Assembly: GCA_030390025.1 (NCBI GenBank) | Contig: CM059432.1 | Location: forward strand, 109,556,001 to 109,620,000 | Reading direction: 5' to 3' | Length of the DNA stretch: 64,000 bases | Source of the DNA: Squalus acanthias | Lineage: Eukaryota | Position numbers and translations under genes: made by a program | Shown here: positions 38,561 to 49,927 of the stretch, in pieces | Position numbering within the stretch: the stretch's first letter is position 1 | Layout of the letters: every line of letters begins with the position of its first letter | The notes under the pieces: generated by a model | Database searches by the model: none | What the model was told of the DNA's origin: nothing | What the model saw: only the letters and a program-made list of their open reading frames with translations

Positions 38561-40479
38561 TTATGTAGCGGCAAATGTCGCAATATTATTCACTGCTGTG
38601 ACTATTGTTCATTAAATTGATTAATACCAAGGCTAAGATGCTCACTTTTCGAGGAGCTTTCAATTATGCTATAATGTGCACAATGGGTTTCCCATCATTA
38701 GCTGTTAGCATATATATATTAACCAGCACAAAATGGCTTTTTTTCCAACCTTATTACTAAGATTTGTTAATCCAGTTGATTAATTCACTTATCATGGTTG
38801 TTTGAGATTTCTCACACCATTTTAGAAGAGGCATTAACCCATTTAAAATAAATGATTTAACACCTCCACTACAATTTCGGAGAGTTTGTCTATGACTATC
38901 CAACCCTCCATTTCAAGGCCACTGGATCACACTCTCTTTATGTTTAACAAAATATGCATATTCATGTTTATTGGTGTTTAATGATTCTGGTAGTCATTAT
39001 AAAATGAAAATTACTACTTTTCATTCATACCAGAAACTCTTTAAATGCAGCATTATAGAGACTAGCAGATCAAGATGTGCAATTTGTTCATTTTAGAATG
39101 AAGTGGAACACAAATATTACCTAAAATCCATGACTTCCGAAGGTCCAGTTATCGTCCCCACCTAATTTGATGATATCAAGACAAACTGAATAAATCATAG
39201 AACGTTTCTGCAGGATGTGTACAAGTTCAAATAAAAAAAAACTCCTTCTCAGAATCAAACCAGGATACACTCCAGTGCTAGTAATCACTTTCAACAGTCC
39301 TCTCTGACGCTACTATTGACTCTGTATAGTATATCCATTTTTTGTGAAAGAATATAAACAAAACATCTGACAGTATGGACTATAAAGACAATGTTTGTGT
39401 GCAGAGCGCACAAACTGATGAGCTTGTCTTATCTGCTCATCACTAACTGAAGTGGTGTAGTTGTCTATACTAATATTTCAAATCAGCAGTGCCAATAGAG
39501 TGACACCACTTATGTCTGTCTATATAATTAAATGTCACGTCTACTGCATGGAGTATATGGGTAAGTGTACTTCACACTTACAAACTGTCACATATGCAAA
39601 CCTCCACTCATGCAAAGTGTTCATCACACTTAATCCGATTTGCTCAAATAATTGCAATCTGTTTAGTTAACTGTGCTTATTCTTTGAAACAGATAGGTAG
39701 GAAAAGCTACCAATCATGAACCAGGAATCAACATAAAACCAACCGATGAAATCACTCAGTTTATCCCCCCCAAGCTAAAAATCAGGAACGAGTGACTGCC
39801 TTGAAACAAACCAATCAAATTGCTTATTTTTCTCTCCTCACTCAGGTCAGTAAATACAACTTAAAACAACATTTATGACATAACATAAAATTACACAATT
39901 ATGAAGAAATATCACTAAGTTTACCCTTAGTGACAAAATTAGTTACTGAATGTCAGAAATGCCTGCAGGACATTTCCTGCCTCAGTCCCAGAGTTGTAAA
40001 TTTCAACAGGGTCCTGGTTGCCAGGGCGTTCCAGCTCCTGTTGACACATTCTGTGAGAGAGAGGTGCATCATGGGAGTTTAGTTCTCATCCTGCTTCTAT
40101 GGAACTACAACCCACGTCACATGACAACCAACCTTACAATTTACAAATAGCAACTGAGGTTCAAATGGCATTAAATCAAATCAAACATAATAAGATTTGG
40201 GGCAGATTTTATGAATTACTGCTCAGAGGGCAGAGCTTCATCCAAAGGAAATGTACATCAGCAATTAGGTGCAGAGGTCAGCACACTTTGCACCATTTGC
40301 AATCCATTAAGGAACATTGTACAGAGCTTCCTGCCAGGATTACTAATTCATAAGATTTAGTCCTTAATTTTTGTTCAGCACCTTAAACCATTAAATAAAA
40401 ATGCCAACCCACTTGTTTGGAAAGAGATTTCTTTGTGTTGCTGAGGGATCATAGATCCTTTTTTTCCCCATTGTCTCAT

Positions 40480-41390
40480 CACCACTTCTCTCAACCCTTC
40501 CAGTGTCTCTAAATTGTCAGACTGCTTGACGGACATCCAGTACTGGATGAGCAGAAATTTCCTCCAGCTAAATATTGGGAAGATTGAAGCCATTATCTTG
40601 AGTCCCCGCCACAAATGCCATTTCCTAGCCACGACTCTATCCCTCTCCTTGGCAGAACCAGACTGTCGCAACCTTGGTGTTATATTTGACCCCGAGATGA
40701 GCTTCCGACCACATATCCACGCCATCACCAAGACCGCTGACTTCCACCTCCGTAACATTGCCCAACACTGCCCCCTGCCTCAGCTCATCTGCTGCTGAAA
40801 CCCTCATCCATGCCTTTGTTAACTCTAGACTTGACTATTCCAATGCTCTCCTGGCCGGCCTTCCATCTCCCACCTTCCATAAACTTGAGCTCTGCTGACC
40901 ATATCCTAACTCGCACCAAGTCCCGTCCACCCCTCACCCCTGTGCTTGCTGACCTACATTGGCTCCCTCTCCGGCAATGCCACAATTGTAAAATTCTCAT
41001 CCTTGTTTTCAAATCCCTCCATGGCGTTGCATCTCCCTATCTCTGTAACCTCCTCCAGCCCTACAACCCTCCGAGATATCTGCGCTCCTCCAATTCTGGC
41101 CTCTTGCGCATCCCGTATTTTAATCGCTCCACCATTGGCGGCCGTGCTTTCAGTTGCCGAGGCCCTAAACTCTGCAATTCCCTCCCTAAACCTCTCTGCC
41201 TCTTGACCTCTCTCTCCTCCTTTAAGAAACTCCTTAAAGCCAACCCCTTTGATCAAGCTTTTGGTCATCTGTCCTAATATCTCCTTATGTGGCTCTGTGT
41301 CAAATTTTGTTTGATAACACTCCTGTGAAGTGCTTTGGGATGTTTTACTACGTTAAAGACGCTATATAAATGTATGTTTTTGTTGTTATT
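40480..41390 (+). mobile_element. L2-clade LINE 3' fragment
   Basis: WMSRNFLQLNIGK, LADLHWLP, GGRAFS..PKLCNSLP, tail GCTATATAAAT. Confidence 0.88.
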
Positions 41391-42149
41391 GATGTTGTGA
41401 TTGACCATCTGTTCAAATGCTAGTCATTGGAAGCTCGATGGTGGGGGAGAAACCTCCCTGGTGCCAAATAAACCTTCGGCAAACATTACAACTCCATGGT
41501 GGAAAGTAATCATAAATAACTGAGAAAAAGAATGAAGATGTTGGGGAGCGACATTACAACAGTGACTACACTTCAAAAGTACTTCATTGGCTGTGAAGCA
41601 CTTTGGGATGTCCTAAGGTCCTGAAAGGCGCTATATAAATTCAAGTTTGTTTGTCAGCTGACATGTTAACAGCATTAGAATGCCAGTCTATTCAATAGAT
41701 TAAATTCTATATGCTTGTAGTTAGCAATATTTCCAGAACTTATACGATCTTGTCCATATGAGCTGGGTGGATAAATCAATTGCCTTGTCTTCCTCTGGGA
41801 GGATGATATCAGCCTCTGAGACATCAGAGTGTTGAACTTCCATCTGTGGAGGTGCTATCCATTCCGCCTGGATCCTCTGCTCCTGGGCAGATTCATCTTC
41901 TACGCTGATAGCTGAATCTGCACTTATTGGCTTAAATCTCACTTCCCTTGACTTTAGGGAAACTTGTACATCTAAGTAACACATTTGTATCTGCCTTTAT
42001 CATGCTGGTATAGCCATACAATCTTAAATTCTATAATCTCTCTTTCTCTCTGTTGGAGAGGCACTTTCCATCTTGTACAAGGACAGCTTTCTTCACATAC
42101 TAGACAAAGAAACCTCCTTAAGTCAATTGACTAATCTGAGTGATGCATG

Positions 42150-42470
42150 TGTTAGAATCTGTATCCTAACTCCATCCACCCGCTTTGACTCATATCCCTT
42201 AATATCCTTGGCTAGCAAATATCTATCAATCTTAGATTTAAAATTATCAATTGAGCAAGCATCGACTGATTTTGTGGGAGAGAGTGCCACAGTTCTACCA
42301 CCCTTTGTGTGAAGCAGTGTTCTCTCCTGAACTCTTGGCTCTGATTTTAAGGTAACCCATCCCCTTATCCTAGACTCCCCCACTGGCAGAAAAAGTTTCT
42401 CTCTATCTACCATATCAATTAATTTCAAAATCCTGAAAACGTCAATCAAATCACCCCTTAACCATCCCAT
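42150..42470 (-). mobile_element. Old CR1 3' fragment
   Basis: LRGDLIDVFRIL..FKSKIDRYL. Confidence 0.75.
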
Positions 42471-43110
42471 TCTACATCTCATCCGATTTTTATTTCTATT
42501 GACTTTAAAAATAAAAATTGGGAGAGATGTAAAACAGGCCCTGTTTACACTTTACATTATGACCCTTTTTACACTTTTACACAAAGTCAAGATCTACCCC
42601 AGTGAAGCGAGAACTCAAAGTCCAAGATACATTTAAGGCAACTCTTGGGGCATTTTACCTACAAGCACCAACCTTGTTTTTTTAGATGTTTGCGGAATAA
42701 TTGGGCTGAGTTTTCTTCTGATTTACTGCTTGATTTGACTTGGTTAATGGAGAGGCTGGGGTAGTACTTCCTATCATCTTGAAAACAACAGTCTAACAGA
42801 GCACCAAAATTATTCTCCCAAAATATTACCAGTCCCCATAAGGGCTTCTGGAGGTCTCCTCCACTGCATTTAATTGGTGCCAATTTATGTAGCTAACCTC
42901 TACAATCAATTTTCCCCAACTTCTGCCCTAAACCTATCCCAAATTATTACCACCATTATACAACTGGTGGTAGGAGCAAGAGAGAGGTACTCCTGAGGTG
43001 AATACTTGGAGGAGGCTATTTGTTTTTTTCCACACCAGGAAAATCTTAGCGGAGCAGACCTGGCACCTGCTGTGCTCAGGGCAGCTCAATTTCTCAGCGA
43101 GGTCCTAAAA

Positions 43111-43630
43111 CAGGCATGAGTTCCCCAACAGGGCCTAACACCTGCTTTAGACAGCTGTTTCAGAGCCCTGAAAATCAGGCATGAGTTCCCCAACAGGGCC
43201 TAACACCTGCTTTAGACAGCTGTTTCAGAGCCCTGAAAATCAGGCATGAGTTCCCCAACAGGGCCTAACACCTGCTTTAGACAGCTGTTTCAGAGCCCTG
43301 AAAATCAGGCATGAGTTCCCCAACAGGGCCTAACACCTGCTTTAGACAGCTGTCTCAGAGCCCTGAAAATCAGGCATGAGTTCCCCAACAGGGCCTAACA
43401 CCTGCTTTAGACAGCTGTTTCAGAGCCCTGAAAATCAGGCATGAGTTCCCCAACAGGGCCTAACACCTGCTTTAGACAGCTGTCTCAGAGCCCTGAAAAT
43501 CAGGCATGAGTTCCCCAACAGGGCCTAACACCTGCTTTAGACAGCTGTTTCAGAGCCCTGAAAATCAGGCATGAGTTCCCCAACAGGGCCTAACGCCTGC
43601 TTTACACAGCTGTCTCAGAGCCCTGAAAAC
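43111..43630. repeat. Minisatellite, 8 x 65 bp
   Basis: Unit CAGGCATGAGTTCCCCAACAGGGCCTAACACCTGCTTTAGACAGCTGTTTCAGAGCCCTGAAAAT starting at 43111, 43176 ... 43566. Confidence 0.98.
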
Positions 43631-43949
43631 CGTCTGACGTAATATGGCATTGGCCGTTTTTCAGGTTTCCTTGGGGCGCAAGGCATGGCCCTACAAAATT
43701 GATAATTTGTGCCCACCTATTCCGTCTGGAAATGGTGCAATGATGACCAATTTCTACCCCTAAAGCTCTACTTGACTCTTTAAAAAACATTCTGTCTCTT
43801 TTTAGTTGTAGTTCCCACCCTATTTATGATACCCACCATTCCAGTTGACTCGCTGTGAAGCCTTTGCCAATGGTATATGACACTGGCCTGGGATGACACA
43901 TGTACAGAATAGGAATTTCTAATATTTTTCTGTTAAAGAAAGCAAAGAA

Positions 43950-44515
43950 AGAACTTGCATTTATACAAAGCCTTTCAGTACCTCAAGACATCCCAAAGTG
44001 CATCACAGCTAATAAAGTACTTTTGAATAAAGTCACTGTTGTACTAGAGGGGAACACAGCAGCCAATTTGTGCACAGCAAAGCTCCAGAAATAGTATAGA
44101 GATAATGACCATTTAATCTGTTTTTTGCGATATTGGTTGAGAGAAAGAAAGAAAGAAAGAAAGAAATGAATGTAATAAATAAAGAAAGACATTCACTTAT
44201 ATGGTGCCTTTCACGATCTCAGGACATCCCAAAGTGCCTTACAGCCAATGAAGTATTTTTGAAGTGTAGTCACTGTTATAATGTATTGGCCAGGACACCA
44301 AGGAGAACTCTCCTGATGTCTTCAAATAGTGCCATGGGATATTTTACGTCCACCTGAGCGGGCAGACATATTATACCTCCGACAGTGCCGCACTCCCTCA
44401 GTACTGCACTGAAGTGTCAGCCTATATTTTGTGCTCAAGTCTCTGGTGTGGGGCTTGAACCCACAACCTTCTGACTCAGAGGTGAGAGTGCTACCACTGA
44501 GCCAAAGCTGACACC
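43950..44515 (-). mobile_element. Two adjacent DeuSINE-type SINE copies; the second has a tRNA-like head
   Basis: Head GGCTCAGTGGTAGC...GGTTCAAGCCC at ~44450-44505; L2-like tails at ~43950 and ~44190. Confidence 0.75.
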
Positions 44516-44799
44516 ATTAGAGAGATACCCAGCTTATATTTTTTTAACCATCTGGGGAGGAGAGGGAATTCATCTGCTTCTCCTTCTTGTAGTGAAGCAA
44601 ATCAATTTTCTTTTTATCCTCTAACTTAGCTAGACGCTAGGCTTATGTATTGTAGGTGGAAGAAGAGCCTACATTGTTGTAGCTAATCAGGCAAGAACGT
44701 GTGAACCCAACGCTAAGCTGTGTGCCCTATTTAACTTGGAGCTGAGCTGCAACAGTTATTACACTAGATGGGAATAAGTGTGAAGGAAATTCAATAGTT

Positions 44800-45558
44800 A
44801 GTAATAATGGGAAAAGGGGAAGTGCAACGAGACCTGGGTGTCCTTGTGCACCAGTCGCTGAAGGTAAGTATGCAGGTGCAGCAGGCGGTTAAGAAGGCAA
44901 ATGGTATGTTGGCCTTCGTAGCGAGAGGGTTTGAGTACAGGAACAAGGATGTCTTGCTGCAGCTGTACAGGGCCTTGGTGAGACCACACCTTGAGTATTG
45001 TGTGCAGTTTTGGTCGCCTTATCTGAGGAAGGATGTTCTTGCCATGGAGGGTGTGCAGTGAAGATTCACCAGACTGATACCTGGGATGGCAGGAATGACA
45101 TACGAGGAGAGATTGGGTCGATTGGGCTTATACTCGCTGGAGTTTAGAAGAATGAGAGGAGATCTCATTGAAACATATAAAATTCTAACAGGGCTAGACA
45201 GACTGGATGCAGGAAGGATGTTCCCGATGGCGGGTGAGTCCAGAACAAGAGGTCACAGTCTAAAGATAAGAGGTAACCCATTTAGGACAGAGATGAGGAG
45301 GAATTTCTTCACCCAGAGAGTGGTGAACCTGTGGAATTCTCTACCACAGAAGGCAGTTGAGGCCAAGTCAGTAAATATATTCAAGAAGGAGTTAGATATA
45401 TTTCTTAAGGCTAAAGGTATCAAGGGATATGGGGAGAAAGCAGGGACAGGGTACTGAATTTGGATGATCAGCCATGATCGCATTGAATGGCGGAGCAGGC
45501 TCGAGGGGCCAAATGGCCTACTCCTGCTCCTATCTTCTATGTTTCTATGTTTCTATGT
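44800..45558 (+). mobile_element. 5'-truncated CR1
   Basis: ORFs 44807..45457; (TTCTATGT)n tail. Confidence 0.92.
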
Positions 45559-47074
45559 TTTCCAATTATTCACTGCGTAAATGCACTGCATGGTGTCGCA
45601 CTGAACTATTCAGAACAAGGTCCTAAGTATTGATCCAAAGAATATGCTGAGCTAACTTGCTGATCACAGACAGGGCATTGGGAAGGCTACCACAGCTGGC
45701 CTCAGCATTCCTAGGCTAGGGAAGGGTAAATTGGCTAGGCTTCCTATTCTTCATCACTATCCAATGACCCTGCTGGAATGAGCACATGGTTCGACTGTAG
45801 GTCCAAACAGGATCAACCTCAGGTTGCTGGCATGCATCCATAAATCCCTCCATGACTGCTGCTGAGTATTTCCAGGCTTTTCTGTTTCTAATTTTCAGAC
45901 TCGGTTCCCCAATAAAAATCGGAAACAATTTTGTATTATATATTTAATACCATTCATATAATTTTTTATGCAGTAACAAGCTCTATTACAGTAATGTGAT
46001 TCAAAACCAAATTATCAACTCACGGAATCAGCACAGTACCTTGAATGAACACTGATGCATTGACAGCTCAGTGTAGCTAAAGGTTTTATGCCTGTCTCTT
46101 AACATAAGCCTCTAGTGTTCTGCAGTGCCACATGAGGTCACTGTCCATGAAAAATTTAAACCTGAACTTACATAAAAGATGATTTTATCAAGCAAAACTG
46201 TTAGCTACCTCTTTACTTCGTAACTGTTCCTTCCCTCTCACTAATGGATCAGGGTCTTTTGTTAATGCAACTTCCTCTTCTAAAGTCAGAGGAAGTAAAC
46301 CAGTTTCCAAACTGAACCGTACCAAACCTCGGTTAAAATATGTTACAGGTCCCAGCAGACGCCAAACCTGCAGTGTCAGGAACATTTGTCAGGATGCATG
46401 AAATCCAATTCAGGCCAAAGCAGAATGAGTCAAAGTAAATTTGCTGCTCATTAAATTAATAAAAGGAAAATTTGGGAGAGCCCCGAACCGAGCGTGCGTG
46501 TGGACCTCCCCAATCTTCTGATCAGCTCCCCCATTGAATGAGACTCTTTGAGGGTGCTCCAAGTCTTAAATATTCCCTAATATTTTTGTTGACAGCCTTA
46601 ATTTAAAAAATCAATTCAGTTGAATGGGATGGAGTGAACTGGGGGGAATTTTATGATTTAGCTCTCCCGGGAAGTACATATTGGGACTTCAGGCCTGAAG
46701 GACAGCAGACCCAGTTCTTGGCCTACACGATTTTCCATTGAGCACAACAAATAATCAGAAAATAATGCAGGTCGCAAATCAGGTGCGCTGACTTCAGTTC
46801 CCAAAATTGGGTGTGCTTTCTGCTCCTGATTCTGAGTTACTATCCCTATTTTCCAGTTTTATCAGTGGTGGTGGTGCTCGTCCATGCGAAATCCCACTTG
46901 TTTTTCTCTGGTAGAAAGCATTCATCACTTTTGGGATTCAAAAGTGCAAGTGGGCCGGCTTCAGCCCATTAGAAGCAAGATTTCTAAGGTCAGACTACAG
47001 GACGAATACTGTTACAGGTGGATAAATCTGTGTTCCAGTAAACCAGTGCAATTTGTAAGGAAACAAGCTCCTCC

Positions 47075-47260
47075 AACAAAAACAGATTATCTGGTCATTA
47101 TCACATTGCTGTTTGTGGGAGCTTGCTGTGCGCAAATTGGCTGCCGCGTTTCCCACATCACAACAGTGACTCCACTTCAAAAAGTACTTCATTGGCTGTA
47201 AAGCGCTTTGAGACGTCCGGTGTTCGTGAAAGGTGCTATATAAATGCAAGTCTTTCTTTT
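47075..47260 (+). mobile_element. DeuSINE-type SINE 3' part
   Basis: CAGATTATCTGGTCATTATCACATTGCTG...AAGGTGCTATATAAATGCAAG. Confidence 0.75.
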
Positions 47261-47539
47261 CCATTGTGAGGCAAGACAGCACACGATTTGCTATTTGGAT
47301 CTCTTACTGGGAAGGGTTCTGTTGTGACCACCAAGCCCGGGGCAAATGCCTGTGGTTTCTCTGATGTAAGGGTGGAGGCCATTTGATAGCCACCAGCACC
47401 TGGTACACCCTGCTCTGTAGTGGAGAAATGATTTCAATCCAATGGAAACCAGCACCATTGACATTAAGAGAACATTAATGTGTCTTTATTTGGTGGTGTT
47501 AAAGAGTGGTTGTTAAAATAATTACTTATTTTTTCACAG

Positions 47540-47598
47540 GACCAGCAACTTTCCTCAATTATGGAAATCAGCGGGAAACGATCGGATAGATTTTACAG
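47540..47598 (+). other. Possible 59-nt exon
   Basis: TTATTTTTTCACAG|...ACAG|GTAAGT; two of the three frames are open. Confidence 0.3.
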
Positions 47599-48619
47599 GT
47601 AAGTGCTCCCAGTGCGGAGTATCACACTTCGGGAGATTGTAAGTGAGCTCTAATGATCTTCCGTCCCCAGTGGGTGAAGCTCTGTGCAGAGAATTGTTTT
47701 CACCGGTTCAGTGTGTCAGCCTTGGATCAGTATTGGTCGAACTCTTTCCTCTGAGTCAGATGGTTGTGGGTTCAAACCCCACTCCAGCAACTGGAGCTGA
47801 TTCTATTGGCTGACATTTCAGTGCTGAGGGAGTGCTGCACTGTTGGAGGTGTTGGCCCAAAAATTCATCCTGGTGCGCGAGAGTACGCACTGCGTACACT
47901 CGCGTATTCCCTCTTCAATTGCCGGTTTTCTGCATGCACTACGCATGCGCTGAAAACCGGCACTTCATGTCTGGTCAGTTTCATGGATATGCGAGTAATC
48001 GCGTGGGCTGGTGATTCTGCGCGTGCGTCGGAAAATTCATGTATTTTGTGAATGAGAGTAGTGTGTGTAAGCTCCGAGCAGTTACACATTTTAAAACCAG
48101 GAGCAGCAGCCATTTATACATTTGCCGAGATAAGTAGGAGGAAGAAATCCTTTTGGAGTGTGGCTACTGAGGTGAGTTTTTTAAATTTGAAAGACACAAA
48201 AGTTTTAAATGAAGTCTTATATAAGTTAAGAGTTTTAAAAAAAAATTTTTAAAAACGGGTTTTGACCATTTGGAGTAGTATAGCAACTGTGGGTGTGTAC
48301 AAGGCATATTTAGGTATCTATCTGTGAAAATGAAAGTTTAAAAATGAACTGTTTACGTTTCAAAAAGTTTTAAAGATGAAAATGAGTAAGTAAGTAAGTA
48401 TGTATGTATGTATGTATGAATTTATGAAAATGTTACAGGTTTGGAAAATCAGCTAGGGCCGTGTGGCGGGTAGATGTGTTCCCAAGCTGATAGCGCACGT
48501 GTCCCACCATAGCCTGACCTGATTTTATAGCCACTCACTTAACTAAAGTTACTTTAACAACTATTTCCTTTTTTTCATTACAACTTTCAGTTTGAGGAGG
48601 AAGCCTGTGTGAGAGAAAG

Positions 48620-49771
48620 ATGCCCTTTTGCAATCGATTGTTCTTCCTCCTCTGTGTGATTACGTATCTGAGAATTTTCGAATACAGACAACGAATCAGA
48701 CGGAGGAACCAAGCCCGTCTCCTCCAGAGAAGGAGAAACTACTACCCACCAAATAGAGTGTACAGGCAGAGGCTGTCATTTGAGATGCTGTCGGAGGAGC
48801 TGTGTGTGAGGAGGCTGCGCTTCAGTAAAGAGTCAATTGGCCGAATCTGTGAGATGTTACAGGAGGACCTTCAAACACGCACGAAGAACCGCAATGCATT
48901 GTCACTGAGCATGAAGGTAACCACAGCACTGAACTTCTTTGCAAGTGGGACTTTTCAGGCAAGCACCGGTGACATTTGCAACATATCCAAGAATGCTGCG
49001 AGGGCCTGCATTCACCAGGTCACAGAAGCCATTTACCGTAGGACTTCTGAGTTCATTAAGTATGACTTGTCTGCTCGCCATCAAAAGGAGATGGCGCTTG
49101 CATTTCATAACATTGCTGGATTCCCCAAAGTGATTGGGGCTGTCGATGGAACCCATGTAGCATTGAAGGCACCAGGGGTTGCACCTGTGACATTTATCAA
49201 CAGGAAGGGGTTTCATTCACTGAATGTCCAGATTGTCTGTGATGCGCATCTCAGGATCTTAAATGTGAATGCAGGTAACCGTGGAAGTAATCATGACTCC
49301 TTCGTCCTCCGTAACTCTGACTTATATGGCGTCCTCAACGCATTGCCTCCAGGATCCGCATGGATATTGGGCGACAAGGGCTACCCGCTAAGACCATGGC
49401 TGATGACTCCCTACCGCAAGACCAATAATGAGGCTCAGGAGAGATACAACCAGGCACACGTGTCCACACGGCAAGTGGTGGAGAGGACAATTGGAGTTCT
49501 GAAATCACGCTTCCGGTGCCTGGACAGGTCAGGGGGGATCTTGCAGTATTCTCCTCAGAAAGTGGCAAAGATTGTGGTGGCCTGTTGTGCTTTGCATAAC
49601 TTTGCCCTGCAGGAAGGACTGACCCTTAACGCTGCAGATGAACTACCTGCAGAAATGGAGGACGTGGACAATGCCAATGTGCCTGTGGGAAGGCATGATG
49701 GGGAAGAGCCAACTGCTGCTCAAAGTAAGGCTGCAAGGGAGCAGCTGGTAGCCAACACCTTCACGAGGTAG
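48620..49771 (+). CDS. Intact Harbinger/HARBI1-like DDE transposase, 383 aa
   Basis: GAVDGTH, NRKGFHSLNVQIVCD, GSNHDS, GDKGY, VVERTIGVLKSRF, CCALHN; splice acceptor TTTCAG at 48590; AATAAA at 49941. Confidence 0.93.
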   Translation: MPFCNRLFFLLCVITYLRIFEYRQRIRRRNQARLLQRRRNYYPPNRVYRQRLSFEMLSEELCVRRLRFSKESIGRICEMLQEDLQTRTKNRNALSLSMKVTTALNFFASGTFQASTGDICNISKNAARACIHQVTEAIYRRTSEFIKYDLSARHQKEMALAFHNIAGFPKVIGAVDGTHVALKAPGVAPVTFINRKGFHSLNVQIVCDAHLRILNVNAGNRGSNHDSFVLRNSDLYGVLNALPPGSAWILGDKGYPLRPWLMTPYRKTNNEAQERYNQAHVSTRQVVERTIGVLKSRFRCLDRSGGILQYSPQKVAKIVVACCALHNFALQEGLTLNAADELPAEMEDVDNANVPVGRHDGEEPTAAQSKAAREQLVANTFTR

Positions 49772-49785
49772 TGTCGCCTTGTACC

Positions 49786-49927
49786 TCCCGCTCCCCCTCC
49801 CCTCTCCCCCTCCCCCTCCCCTCTCCCCCTCCCCCTCCCCTCTCCCCCTCCCCCTCCCCTCTCCCCATCCCCCCCTCCCCCTCCCCTCTCCCCCTCCCCC
49901 TCCCCTCTCCCCATCCCCCTCCCTCTC
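49786..49927 (-). repeat. Polypyrimidine/polypurine tract, (GGGGA/GGGGGA)n on the minus strand
   Basis: About 140 bp of almost pure C/T on the plus strand. Confidence 0.95.

Noticed and set aside
43111..43630. CRISPR-like regular array
   Set aside because: Units are contiguous and near-identical, with no unique spacers and no cas genes, in a eukaryotic context.
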